Shown here piece by piece: positions 38,601 to 64,000 of a stretch of 64,000 bases of DNA (position 1 is its first letter; every line of letters starts with the position of its first letter). The translations under genes and the position numbers were made by a program. This DNA is from Podarcis gaigeae (taxonomy: Eukaryota), in assembly GCA_964106915.2 (NCBI GenBank), contig OZ066921.1. The stretch is one strand, 5' to 3'. The notes under the pieces are model-generated. The model was not told the origin of the DNA and made no database searches. It worked only from the letters and a program-made list of their open reading frames with translations.

Positions 38601-39927
38601 CAGAGCAATTACTCCAGGCAACAACCAATGGGAGTGGGAGGGGGGGCATCTTTTAAGATGTCATCATGGACTTTAGCCTTCCCCAAATTGCTGTAGCCCA
38701 AAACATCTGGAGGGCAAGCCCCATCAGCCCCAGCCAGCACTCACTGGTTTGGGGAAAGCAATTCTATCTAGCTGGATCTTGTAGCGCTCCTCTTGCTAGA
38801 TGGAACGCAACAGAGAAGCAGCAGGGAAGAGCAGCCAGAGCTACTATCTTCCCACTTCTGTGGTGGGCAGGCCAGCCCAGGTGTCAGATTTCCCCAGAAG
38901 GAAGAAGGCTGACATGCACACCATGTGATTAGAGCCAAGAGCACTGTCTGGCTGTATCTGACAGGGAAAGGAGACTTTGCTCTAAGATGGGCTAATCGTT
39001 CAGTGCCAGTGTCCTGTAACTCCTCCTTCTCACCCAGGCAACCTGGCTCTCTTGGGCAAGTGTATGAATCATTACTGGCTGCAGAAGAAGAATATGGCCC
39101 CTGGGTGTGAGCCTTTGGCTGTCCGGCGCATGATGGAGGTGCTCCAGCCTCTTGTATATGGGCAGAGCATGGCTGGCGCTGGAGGAGGTGGCTTTCTCTA
39201 TGTCTTAACTAAAGAGCCCAGGAACCAAGAGGCCTTGCAGAGGATCTTGATGGAAACAGAGGTGAGTGGAGCCAACTCCTAAGTCCCTGTCAATCGGTGT
39301 CTCCCTGCAGAAATTTCAGCAGGTTTGGGGTCCAGGAGCAGGTTAATGCACACCCTCTCCCAAGGAAATTCGGAGGAGAAATTCAGTGATGGGTGGGTAC
39401 CATGTAGTTGCAGGGAGGGGGAGCCTCACACTTGGGAGCTGAGTTTGGCCCTCCAGGCCTCTTTAACAGGCCCTTGAGATTCTGGCCAGGGTTAGGCCAC
39501 ACCCCTTGCCAAGGCTACACTTCTCACCAATACTGCTTAGCATAATCTTTGAGTGCTTTGGCTGAGCTCTTCTGTTGTGATGATTCCCTTTGCTTGGTCA
39601 GATGGAGACATGTGGCTGTGTGTAGAAACCTAATTTTTCAGAGCTAGAATGTAGCCTCCTGGCCAAAGAGAAGAGTGGTCTCTGCACTGGCCTGTGACCT
39701 TCTAGGGCATGTAGGCCTGATGTCAGGTCAGGAGTGGCAGTCGACCCCCTTGTAGTGTTGAAGTTCCACCAGGCTGCAGAACAAAATATTCTGATTTAAA
39801 TATTTTGTAGTGAAGATTTCACTCACCCTGCATGCCTTCCTTTCAGGGCCTGGGGAATTTCAGCATCCACACTGTGGAGGTGGACACAGCTGGGTTCCAA
39901 ATACAGCTTCTGGAGGAGGAACCATAG
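20535..39927 (+). CDS. FCSK: L-fucose kinase (FCSK/FUK), complete spliced gene, 23 coding exons, 3267 nt, 1088 aa
   Basis: Exons join in frame with GT-AG sites. The peptide matches vertebrate FCSK as recalled ([41 protein letters not shown] motif [23 protein letters not shown]). Synteny with COG4/SF3B3. Confidence 0.97.
21267..21418 (+). CDS. FCSK: FCSK coding exon 2
   Basis: LEIRRDRG...[24 protein letters not shown]; ag/gt. Confidence 0.95.
21858..21908 (+). CDS. FCSK: FCSK coding exon 3
   Basis: [17 protein letters not shown]; ag/gt. Confidence 0.95.
22140..22265 (+). CDS. FCSK: FCSK coding exon 4
   Basis: [17 protein letters not shown]...LMHQ; ag/gt. Confidence 0.95.
22460..22532 (+). 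CDS. FCSK: FCSK coding exon 5
   Basis: [24 protein letters not shown]; ag/gt. Confidence 0.95.
22770..22867 (+). CDS. FCSK: FCSK coding exon 6
   Basis: [32 protein letters not shown]; ag/gt. Confidence 0.95.
23487..23567 (+). CDS. FCSK: FCSK coding exon 7
   Basis: [27 protein letters not shown]; ag/gt. Confidence 0.95.
24173..24292 (+). CDS. FCSK: FCSK coding exon 8
   Basis: VCGVVFFS...[19 protein letters not shown]; ag/gt. Confidence 0.95.
27260..27434 (+). CDS. FCSK: FCSK coding exon 9
   Basis: [13 protein letters not shown]...VPLTM; ag/gt. Confidence 0.95.
28065..28192 (+). CDS. FCSK: FCSK coding exon 10
   Basis: [15 protein letters not shown]...HSHVA; ag/gt. Confidence 0.93.
28694..28795 (+). 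CDS. FCSK: FCSK coding exon 11
   Basis: [11 protein letters not shown]...[12 protein letters not shown]; ag/gt. Confidence 0.95.
29545..29715 (+). CDS. FCSK: FCSK coding exon 12
   Basis: [15 protein letters not shown]...HHDDWQ; ag/gt. Confidence 0.95.
29968..30038 (+). CDS. FCSK: FCSK coding exon 13
   Basis: [23 protein letters not shown]; ag/gt. Confidence 0.94.
30168..30530 (+). mobile_element. Full-length Sauria SINE
   Basis: GGGACGCAGGTGGC head, B box GGTTCGAATCC, ACCTTT tail; 11-bp TSD TATCTACATTT (30155-30165, 30531-30541). Confidence 0.9.
30572..30920 (+). mobile_element. Second, 5'-truncated Sauria SINE of a different subfamily
   Basis: Shares CCTGCCAACCTAGCAGTTCGAAAGCAC..GTGCAAGTAGATAAATAGG and the CCTTTACCTTTAC tail with the preceding copy. 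Confidence 0.85.
31291..31667 (+). CDS. FCSK: FCSK coding exon 14
   Basis: SHDLWSPD...NARLFPVLH...LETLDE; ag/gt. Confidence 0.95.
32278..32488 (+). CDS. FCSK: FCSK coding exon 15
   Basis: [12 protein letters not shown]...[10 protein letters not shown]...KKWLD; ag/gt. Confidence 0.95.
33677..33843 (+). CDS. FCSK: FCSK coding exon 16
   Basis: [14 protein letters not shown]...CPARIDLS; ag/gt. Confidence 0.95.
34351..34578 (+). CDS. FCSK: FCSK coding exon 17
   Basis: [14 protein letters not shown]...DYCQPHAP; ag/gt. Confidence 0.95.
34698..34880 (+). mobile_element. tRNA-derived SINE (Squam3-like)
   Basis: A box TAGCTCAGTGG, B box GGTTCAATCC, body tgtagacaatactgagcta..ggcagcttcctatg; related remnants near 16825, 33140, 53100. 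Confidence 0.75.
34990..35133 (+). CDS. FCSK: FCSK coding exon 18
   Basis: ALLKAALIC...[10 protein letters not shown] (first half of GHMP ATP-binding loop); ag/gt. Confidence 0.95.
35630..35749 (+). CDS. FCSK: FCSK coding exon 19
   Basis: TSSILAG...[12 protein letters not shown]; ag/gt. Confidence 0.95.
35901..36045 (+). mobile_element. tRNA-Lys(CTT)-derived SINE with CR1-type tail
   Basis: Head resembles tRNA-Lys-CTT (tagctcagtcggta..cttaatctcaggg..caagccccatgttgggc) fused to cctgcattgcagggggttg..ggtcccttcca..attctgtgat. Confidence 0.78.
37469..37656 (+). CDS. FCSK: FCSK coding exon 20
   Basis: GGWQDQVGG...[13 protein letters not shown]; ag/gt. Confidence 0.95.
38339..38438 (+). CDS. FCSK: FCSK coding exon 21
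   Basis: [11 protein letters not shown]...ALQQ; ag/gt. Confidence 0.95.
39038..39261 (+). CDS. FCSK: FCSK coding exon 22
   Basis: NLALLGKCM...MAPGCEP...[10 protein letters not shown]...METE; ag/gt. Confidence 0.95.
39847..39927 (+). CDS. FCSK: FCSK last coding exon 23
   Basis: [26 protein letters not shown] then TAG. Confidence 0.93.
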   Translation, partial: GLGNFSIHTVEVDTAGFQIQLLEEEP

Positions 39928-40169
39928 GCACTGCAGGGTTTCCTGCCCACATCCTACAGCTGTGCAAGATCTATGGACGAATGACTCAGTGGCTGAATTT
40001 GGTTTAGTATTTCTTTGGAAGATTCATGCACTCCTTCACTGCAGATGGGGTGAAAACAGCAGCTACCCCACCCAAGTGAAAAACAATATTTAGTTGTGAA
40101 TTAGTAGGGCCTGCAGTCAGATCTGCAGCATTCTTCAGGAAATTACGTGAAGTAATCAATGAAAAACTT

Positions 40170-40202
40170 TTTATTTCCTTGCTGATGTAAATCTCCTTTA
40201 TT
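40170..40202 (-). terminator. Candidate COG4 polyadenylation signals (two AATAAA on minus)
   Basis: tttatt at 40170-40175 and 40197-40202, about 610-640 nt past the COG4 stop. Confidence 0.55.
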
Positions 40203-40808
40203 TAAATCGACCCACCCTCCGCACAGCATATGATGAACACATTAAGGGATCTTAAATGAATTCAGACCATTGATTGGTGGAACTCAGCACTGTTGACTCT
40301 GACTGGAGGCAGCTATCCAGGGGCATAGTCAGGCATCTTAACTGTCTTTGTTTCTAAAGAGCCTTTTCACTGGAGACACCAAGGACAGAGTGCAGAATCT
40401 ACTGGCATAGAAGACATGTCTACATCCCCCAAGGCACCATCTTGTTCCTATGACTTAGTTTATCTGTGGTCTTAGCCCCACTTGCTAACTAAAATTTACA
40501 ATAATTGCTTGGCAATTTCAGTTGCTATTTAACTTGGAATTTATGTAGAAATGTTAGTGCATCATGATAAAGATGTAGAAACAGGCGAACTGTACCAACT
40601 TGCAGAAAAACAAGAGGGAAATCTCTGAAGGAGGAACTAAGTTTTTGAAGTTTACCCAACGTATACTGAGGTGGTTGTTCTTTCAGCTTCAGAGATCCCA
40701 GTGGGAAAGGAACTTGCATTTCCCTCCAGTCTTAAGAACATAGCAAGGCCTTCTTAGGAGAGGGCACCAGTGATCTCCACTAGCAGGAGTAGGTTGTTGC
40801 AAAGACAG

Positions 40809-58125
<17,317 letters not shown>

Positions 58126-58729
58126 TTTGGGCCCACGTCGTTCTAGAGATAAGAAAATTGAAGAGTCGCGCTCGATTAGCCAGGAAATGGCGCTTCCGGG
58201 CTCCTGAGGACACTTTTTTTTTTAAAAAAAATGGTACCCCCTCCCCCGCCCGGGCTCTAAGCGTAAACGGATCACAGAAAACGCGGGATGGCGGCTTTTG
58301 CTACTGATCTGTAATTAGATTTCTGCGCCCTCTTTCGCCCAGTAAGCTCACGGATCTCCTCCCACATTTTATTCTCACAACCACCCTGCGAGGTAGGCCT
58401 ACAAGCCGAGAGGCAGCGATTAGCCTAAGGGCAGCCTCTGGCTTCCAAGGCTGATCTGGGGCGTTGAAGCAGTCTCTGCCGCAGTCTCCCCTGGCTCTTG
58501 ATGGCTGCAACGCCTGTTTGACTTCATTTCACTTTGTCTCTCATCGCCTTTCCTCCAAGGGGCTCAAAGCGCTGTACGCAGCCTCCATGCTCCACGGGGG
58601 CTGCTTTATCCTCACAAAACCCCTGCGAGAGAGACATGCCCGAGACCTCCCAAGTCCTGGTCTAACACGGTCACCAGGACCCCGCACCGGCTCAGTGCAT
58701 TTTAGCCCAAGCGTTTCAACATAAAAACA

Positions 58730-58870
58730 ATTTTATTATTTATACGCCGCCCATCTGGCTGGGTTTCCCCAGCCACTCTGGACGGCTTACAACATATATA
58801 TAAACATCGTCAAACACCGAGCATTAAAAGCTCCCCGATACAGGGCTGCCTTCAGATGTCTTCTAAAAGA
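58730..58870 (-). mobile_element. L2-type LINE 3' fragment inside the COG4/SF3B3 promoter
   Basis: tttatacgccgcccatctggctggg..ccagccactctggacggcttacaac; agggctgccttcagatgtcttctaaa. Confidence 0.6.
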
Positions 58871-59299
58871 ATACAAGCGGAGAATAAAACCCGCGAGGCA
58901 ACGGAGCACAGGCAGACAAAGGCTGGCAGGAGAATGGACAGAAAAAACAGTGAAGCTCTTAGAACGTGGGGAAAGCACAGCGTCCAAAAGTGAATCCGGC
59001 TTCCGTGTATACGTCTAGCCAAAATAGACTATAGCAGACAAATCGTCACATCCGGGAACATTAATATAGGTGCCTAAGCTATTGCCTGTGTCTCGGGGTG
59101 GGGGTGGGAAAACAACCACCAACAGCGGCGTTTCTATTGCAGAATAAAATGGTGATATTATTTCCTGAGCAAAACAACAACTCTAGGCTAAAACGGGTGA
59201 AGTAGAACAGTCCAAGCCGCGCGGGGGTTGCTTCTGGCACGCCGTGGTCAGCCCAATAGCTCTGTTCCGCGCTACTTACGTGGAAGGACCCAAGGAGCG

Positions 59300-59393
59300 C
59301 GGGAGGCCGCTGAGGCAATGGCTGTGCTTGACTGCGGGCTGTGGAGGAAGTGAAGCAGCGGCAGGATCCGCCGCCATCCGCGCTGCTTCTGCG
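59300..59393 (+). other. SF3B3: Probable non-coding first exon of SF3B3 (TSS approximate)
   Basis: CpG-rich, ETS-like GGAAGTG, donor GCG|gtaaat at 59393/59394, upstream of the first coding exon. Confidence 0.55.
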
Positions 59394-60007
59394 GTAAATG
59401 CCGCCAGATCCCTTTCAGAATTAGGCTGCAACTTCTCTAATCCCCGGCGGGAGGAGGCCATGGCGTATTTGTAGGCTGCCACGCGCGCGGTGTTACCGAG
59501 GCCCTTGAGTGGACCGTTGCTGGGCGACGCCGGTGCGGGCGGGAAAGAGTTCTGGACAAGCAGGCAGTGAGGGTGCCGCGCTTTGTACACTTCTCTGGAC
59601 AATTTTGGCCGCATTTTCACTTTGCCCACTGAGGGGAGGGGGCGCCTAGCAGCAGCGGTAGGATGCGCGCTGCTTTTTCGCAAACCACGAGGGAGTTTTT
59701 CGTGCAGGGTTTAAGCCCGACCCTCCATTGTTTTAACCCACAGGTTTATTGTGGAGGGGGAAGCCCTGTTGAGCGGGGTGGCAGTTACGTTTGAGTCAAC
59801 GTGGAGAGGACGGTGCTGTTCTTTATTTGTAAGAGACTTATTTCTCTCCGCCCATCCCTACTGCACGTGTACTCGAAAGTGAATGTGGTCAGGATTCATG
59901 CAGTCGTGCAGTCCTGTGCATGTCTACTCAGAAATAAGGCCTGCTAATATTGTTCTTCCTGATCATGCCATACATCTTTTAAGTTGTCTAATACTTTTTA
60001 AAATAAC

Positions 60008-60130
60008 TTTGGTGAGCTGGACTTTAGTCCATAAAATCTTATATCATAAAAATGTTTTAGTCTTTAACATGCCACAAGATATTTAGTTGTTTTAGCTGCA
60101 GCAGATTTAATGGCTGCTACTCTGGGAATG
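60008..60130 (+). mobile_element. Decayed Penelope-like 3' end
   Basis: Degenerate hammerhead (tggac-ttta-gtcca hairpin) followed by tagtctttaa..tgccacaaga..gctgcagcagat, resembling the 50.5 kb tail. Confidence 0.55.
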
Positions 60131-60540
60131 TCTGCTCCATTGTAATATGTGAATTTATTAAGTAACAAATTGTAAAAAGTGTTTGTATCCCCTCCAGTGA
60201 AACTGCAAGTTGATGTTGATTCATCATTAAAATTAGGAAACAAATATTTTCAGGGTGCCCGTTACTTTCAGTTTTAACACTTGGTTCCTTCATAAGAACA
60301 TTTTGCTTTCTGGAAAGTTAGGAAGGAAAAACCACCTCGTTGAGGTTTTTCAGTCTGTGAAGTGTTCATATGAACCATCTTTCAAATGGGCTTAACGTTC
60401 AAGTTTTCTCCCCCAGCTGGCATTTATGCTAATGTGTGATCAGAATTGAACAAGTTTAAAAAAGCACACATAGTGTATTAACTGCTTGGTGTTCCTTTTC
60501 TCAGCAGGTGAACTGAGGTGAAGTGATATCAATCGGCACC

Positions 60541-60610
60541 ATGTTCCTTTATAACCTAACTCTGCAGCGAGCCACCGGGATCAGTTATGCCATCCATGGC
60601 AACTTTTCAG
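60541..60610 (+). CDS. SF3B3: Splicing factor 3B subunit 3 (SAP130), first coding exon
   Basis: GGCACC-ATG; MFLYNLTLQRATGISYAIHGNFS; donor CAG|gtactc; NAGNAG acceptor tcagcag at 60501-60507. Confidence 0.96.
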
Positions 60611-61193
60611 GTACTCAGTTCTGACTGAAAGCTTAGATGAAAGGTGAAAGCAAAGTCTGATTAAATTAGACATAGCATGTATTTCTGCTGAAGTTGTATA
60701 CCTGCAATTTTGTTTAGAATGGCAGAGATACTATTTCAGGATTCTTGTAGAATATGGGATCTCAACTTTGTCGTATTTTTCTGGGCCAAATAAACTAAGT
60801 TTTCTGAACCTCTTCAGACATCAGGCAGTGGTTAGGCTTGCAACGTTCACTTTTCTCCTTGGCTTATCAAAAGGCAAGGAAGGGCAAGGTTAAGTGGCCA
60901 CACATCATGTATATGGATAGCAGAGCAATATGCTTTTGAAAAGTAAGCAACTTGTCTGTTGACCTCCAATTCTGATTCAAGATTTGGCATTCTGATTTCT
61001 GGTCTGCATCACAATTTCAGGACAATTACTTATGTGTTCTCTCTGTAAAAAGTGGTCACAACTCAGGTAGGGAAAACAAACCTACAAGGCACTTTTGAAC
61101 TTGTAAGCAGCAATGGGAGGTTTGATAGAGAAGTGCTGATGCTTTGGCCATCTTCCTCTTTGGCTGATGATCAGGTTTTTCTTTTCTTTTTAG

Positions 61194-61520
61194 GTACCAA
61201 ACAACAAGAAATTGTTGTTTCTCGAGGCAAAATCTTGGAGTTGCTTCGTCCTGATCCGAACACAGGAAAAGTTCATACTTTGCTGACAGTGGAAGTCTTT
61301 GGAATCATTCGCTCTCTCATGGCCTTCAGATTAACTGGTGGAACCAAAGACTACATTGTGGTGGGCAGTGATTCAGGTCGCATTGTTATCTTGGAATATC
61401 AGCCCTCAAAAAATGTGTTTGAGAAGATTCACCAGGAAACCTTTGGCAAGAGTGGATGTCGCAGAATTGTTCCTGGGCAGTATTTGGCTGTGGATCCTAA
61501 GGGGCGAGCTGTCATGATCA
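61194..61520 (+). CDS. SF3B3: SF3B3 second coding exon; gene continues beyond the window
   Basis: [25 protein letters not shown]...[30 protein letters not shown]; ag/gt. Confidence 0.97.
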
Positions 61521-61966
61521 GTAAGTTGGGATGGTTGTTTTCAGTGGTAGCTGTATAATACTGTTGAGTAACTGAATGGGAGAAATGATTTGGATAAGAA
61601 ACATTGGTTGGTTTTTCTATCCTTGGTCTAGGTTTTGAAACCGCTCCAATCAAAAGTGCTTTTATTGGCGATCCCAGTGCAACTAGATCTGTGTTGCAAA
61701 TGGGAACTGAGAAGTTGTGAGTTTCCTTAGGCCATCTAAATGAGTTTGTGGTTGAGTTGATATGTAGACCAGGGTTTCCCAGTTTATACTCTTAGCCACT
61801 CCAGCTAGATTTACTCTCAGCCAATCAGGGTGATTCCATGTTACGAAGAATTTGTTGGAATGCAGCATAATTCAAAATACTTCCCTTCTACGCATTTGGT
61901 GTGGTTATGTGTATGACTGCTGAAAACTGAACTAAAAATAGAGCTAAGTTTGCTTAATGGGATGTA

Positions 61967-63342
61967 CCGTATTTTCCCCTCTATAACACGCAGATTTTTT
62001 CTCCTAAAAAGGAAGGGGAAATGTCTGTGCGTGTTATAGAGCGAATGTGTGGTCCCTGGAGCCGAAAAATCAAGCAAAAATCAAATCGCGGGGCTGCACG
62101 CTGGAGAAGCGAAACCTGAAAAGAGGAAGCGGCTGCTTTCCTGCATTCTGCCTCAGGGTCTTACTGCCCACCCTTCTCTGTTTCGTTGCTGTGTTTGCTG
62201 AAACGGAACAAAGAGCAGGGAAAGCCCCTCCCTCCAGGCAAGCAGAGGGGAAAGCAGAGTGCGTCTCTGTGCTGCTGGGGGAGAGGGAGAGAGAGGGGGG
62301 AAGGGAGATAGAGGGGGGAGGGGGAGGGAGAGAGAGGGAGGGAGAGAGGGGGAGTGAGAGAGAGAGAGAGAGAGAGATGGCTGGCTTGGGTGGGGGGAAA
62401 CTTTTGCCTTCCTTTCCTCCCTACCCCTCTCCTGCATTCTTAGCCAGCTGCTTCTCTGCACACCCCTCTCCTGCTCCTTGTCCCTTCTGTGTTTTTCCTT
62501 CCCTCCCCACTTAAAATGTGGTTACAAAGCATAGATCCTCAGGATCTTTGCATTGGGTCACCCCAAATTCACCATCAGATCACATAGCATGTCCATGGCT
62601 ACAGCCTGCCCCCCCCCAAAATCACGCACCCACTGTTGCCTGGGGCTGCAATGGTGCAAAAACGTGGTTAAAAAGCATGGATCCACATGGATCCTCAGGA
62701 TCTTTGCATTGGGTCACTCCAAATTCACCATCAGATCACATAGCATGTCCATGGCTACAGCCTGCACCAAAAAAATCACGCACCCACTGTTGCCTGGGGC
62801 TGCAATGGTGCAAAAATGTGGTTAAAAAGCATGGATCCACATGGATCCTCAGGATCTTTGCATTGGGTCACCCCAAATTCACCATCAGATCACATAGCAT
62901 GTCCATGGCTACAGCCTGCACCAAAAAAATCACGCACCCACTGTTGCCTGGGGCTGCAATGGTGCAAAAATGTGGTTAAAAAGCATGGATCCACAGGGAT
63001 TCTCAGGATCCTTGCATTGGGTCACCCCAACCAAATTCACCATCAGATCACATAGCATGTCCATGGCTACAGCCTGCCCCCCCCAAAATCACGCACCCAC
63101 TGTTGCCTGGGGCTGCAATGGTGCAAAAATGTGGTTAAAAAGCATGGATCCACAGGGATTCTCAGGATCCTTGCATTGGGTCACCCCAAATTTACCATCA
63201 GATCACATGTCTGTGGCCACAGCATGAAGCCCAAAAATGATACATCCACTGTTTCATTCAGAATGTTTTTTCCCTTGTTTTCCTCCTCTAAAAACAATGT
63301 GCGTGTTATGGTCAGGTGCGTGTTATAGAGCGAAAAATACGG
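61967..63342. mobile_element. Non-autonomous Tc1/mariner (Tc2-type) DNA transposon / MITE, 1376 bp
   Basis: TA at both flanks; ~26-bp TIRs CCGTATTTTCCCCTCTATAACACGCA / CCGTATTTTTCGCTCTATAACACGCA; subterminal GTGCGTGTTAT repeats; no transposase. Confidence 0.88.
62513..63225 (+). repeat. Tandem minisatellite, ~154-bp unit, ~4.6 copies, inside the MITE
   Basis: Unit landmark GTGGTT recurs at 62518, 62664, 62818, 62972, 63131 with near-identical sequence between. Confidence 0.95.
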
Positions 63343-63420
63343 TAAGTGGAGCCTTCTGTGGGTGTCAGTTTGAAGAAAAGCACTTAAGCCCCATATAACT
63401 GGTGCAACAGTTTTCTCTTC

Positions 63421-63497
63421 CCTGAAGTGATGATTAGGAATTCATGTCTCTTCTCTGACATAAGACGTGGAGACATTTGGATCCAATTCTGATCAGG
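63421..63497 (+). ncRNA. SNORD111: C/D box snoRNA, SNORD111 family (SNORD111B-like by intron position)
   Basis: Terminal stem CCTGA/TCAGG; C box GTGATGA 63427-63433; guide TTCATGTCTCTTC complementary to the 28S rRNA segment GAAGAGACAUGA; D' CTGA 63455-63458; D CTGA 63489-63492. Intronic in SF3B3, the known SNORD111 host. Confidence 0.92.
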
Positions 63498-64000
63498 TTC
63501 TCATCATAAATGCCCATTTTCTTATGCATGCATCATGCCATTTTTTTAAAGCTGAAATGTAATTTTGGGGTTTGATACAAATCTTAGTAGCTAAAGTGGA
63601 TCTGTAAAAACATTGAATGTTGAACATGGTTTTCTAATTGTTTACCGTCCTGTGATGGGAAAAAAGGTGTCTTCAGGTGAGCCTCCACTGCCATGGTTAT
63701 AAGATCATATGCAGCTACCTTAATGCCACCTTTCTGCACTATGACAATGGCAGTTATGGCTCTTGTAGTCCAGAAGAGGATGGGTGTGCGAAACCCAATC
63801 CTGCTGTGGTTCAACTTCTAATGTTAAACTGGTTTAGTGTTACATCTGAATGCAACTATTGGTTCTTCCAACAGGAAAGTAGCAGGGGAAAACTGCTGTG
63901 TCTTGAGAGGGCTGCAAGGCCTGCTTATGCAAGAGTAGGGATTGGGCACCTTAAGCATTAAAGTGCAGACATCTTCTGCTTCTGTATTCCTAATGTTCTC

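Noticed and set aside
62513-63225. Regular repeats as a CRISPR array, or the repetitive ORFs here as a protein
   Set aside because: Units are contiguous with no unique spacers, the context is a vertebrate intron, and the ORFs are by-products of the tandem array.

Overview
Vertebrate genomic DNA from a squamate reptile, probably a lacertid lizard (Sauria SINEs, BovB, CR1-tailed tRNA SINEs). The window carries the conserved block (ST3GAL2)-FCSK-COG4-SF3B3. (1) A minus-strand CpG-island first exon at ~14.7-15.0 kb is assigned to ST3GAL2 by synteny only; 1-14 kb would then be its repeat-rich first intron. (2) FCSK/FUK fucose kinase is complete on + (23 coding exons, 20535-39927, 1088 aa). (3) COG4 is complete on - (19 exons, 58125-40809, 786 aa), convergent with FCSK. 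(4) The 5' part of SF3B3 lies on +, head-to-head with COG4, and its intron holds a SNORD111-family C/D snoRNA (63421-63497). Splice sites and phases were checked by hand; all are GT-AG and frame-consistent. The most notable non-genic items are a 78-bp-arm Penelope palindrome carrying minimal hammerhead ribozymes in COG4 intron 8, a Tc2-type MITE with an internal ~154-bp tandem array just upstream of the snoRNA, a perfect-Kozak spliced ATG in the putative ST3GAL2 first exon, and apparently interdigitated FCSK/COG4 poly(A) signals. Gene and repeat identities come from remembered sequences, not database searches. I found no evidence for a wholly new multi-gene system.
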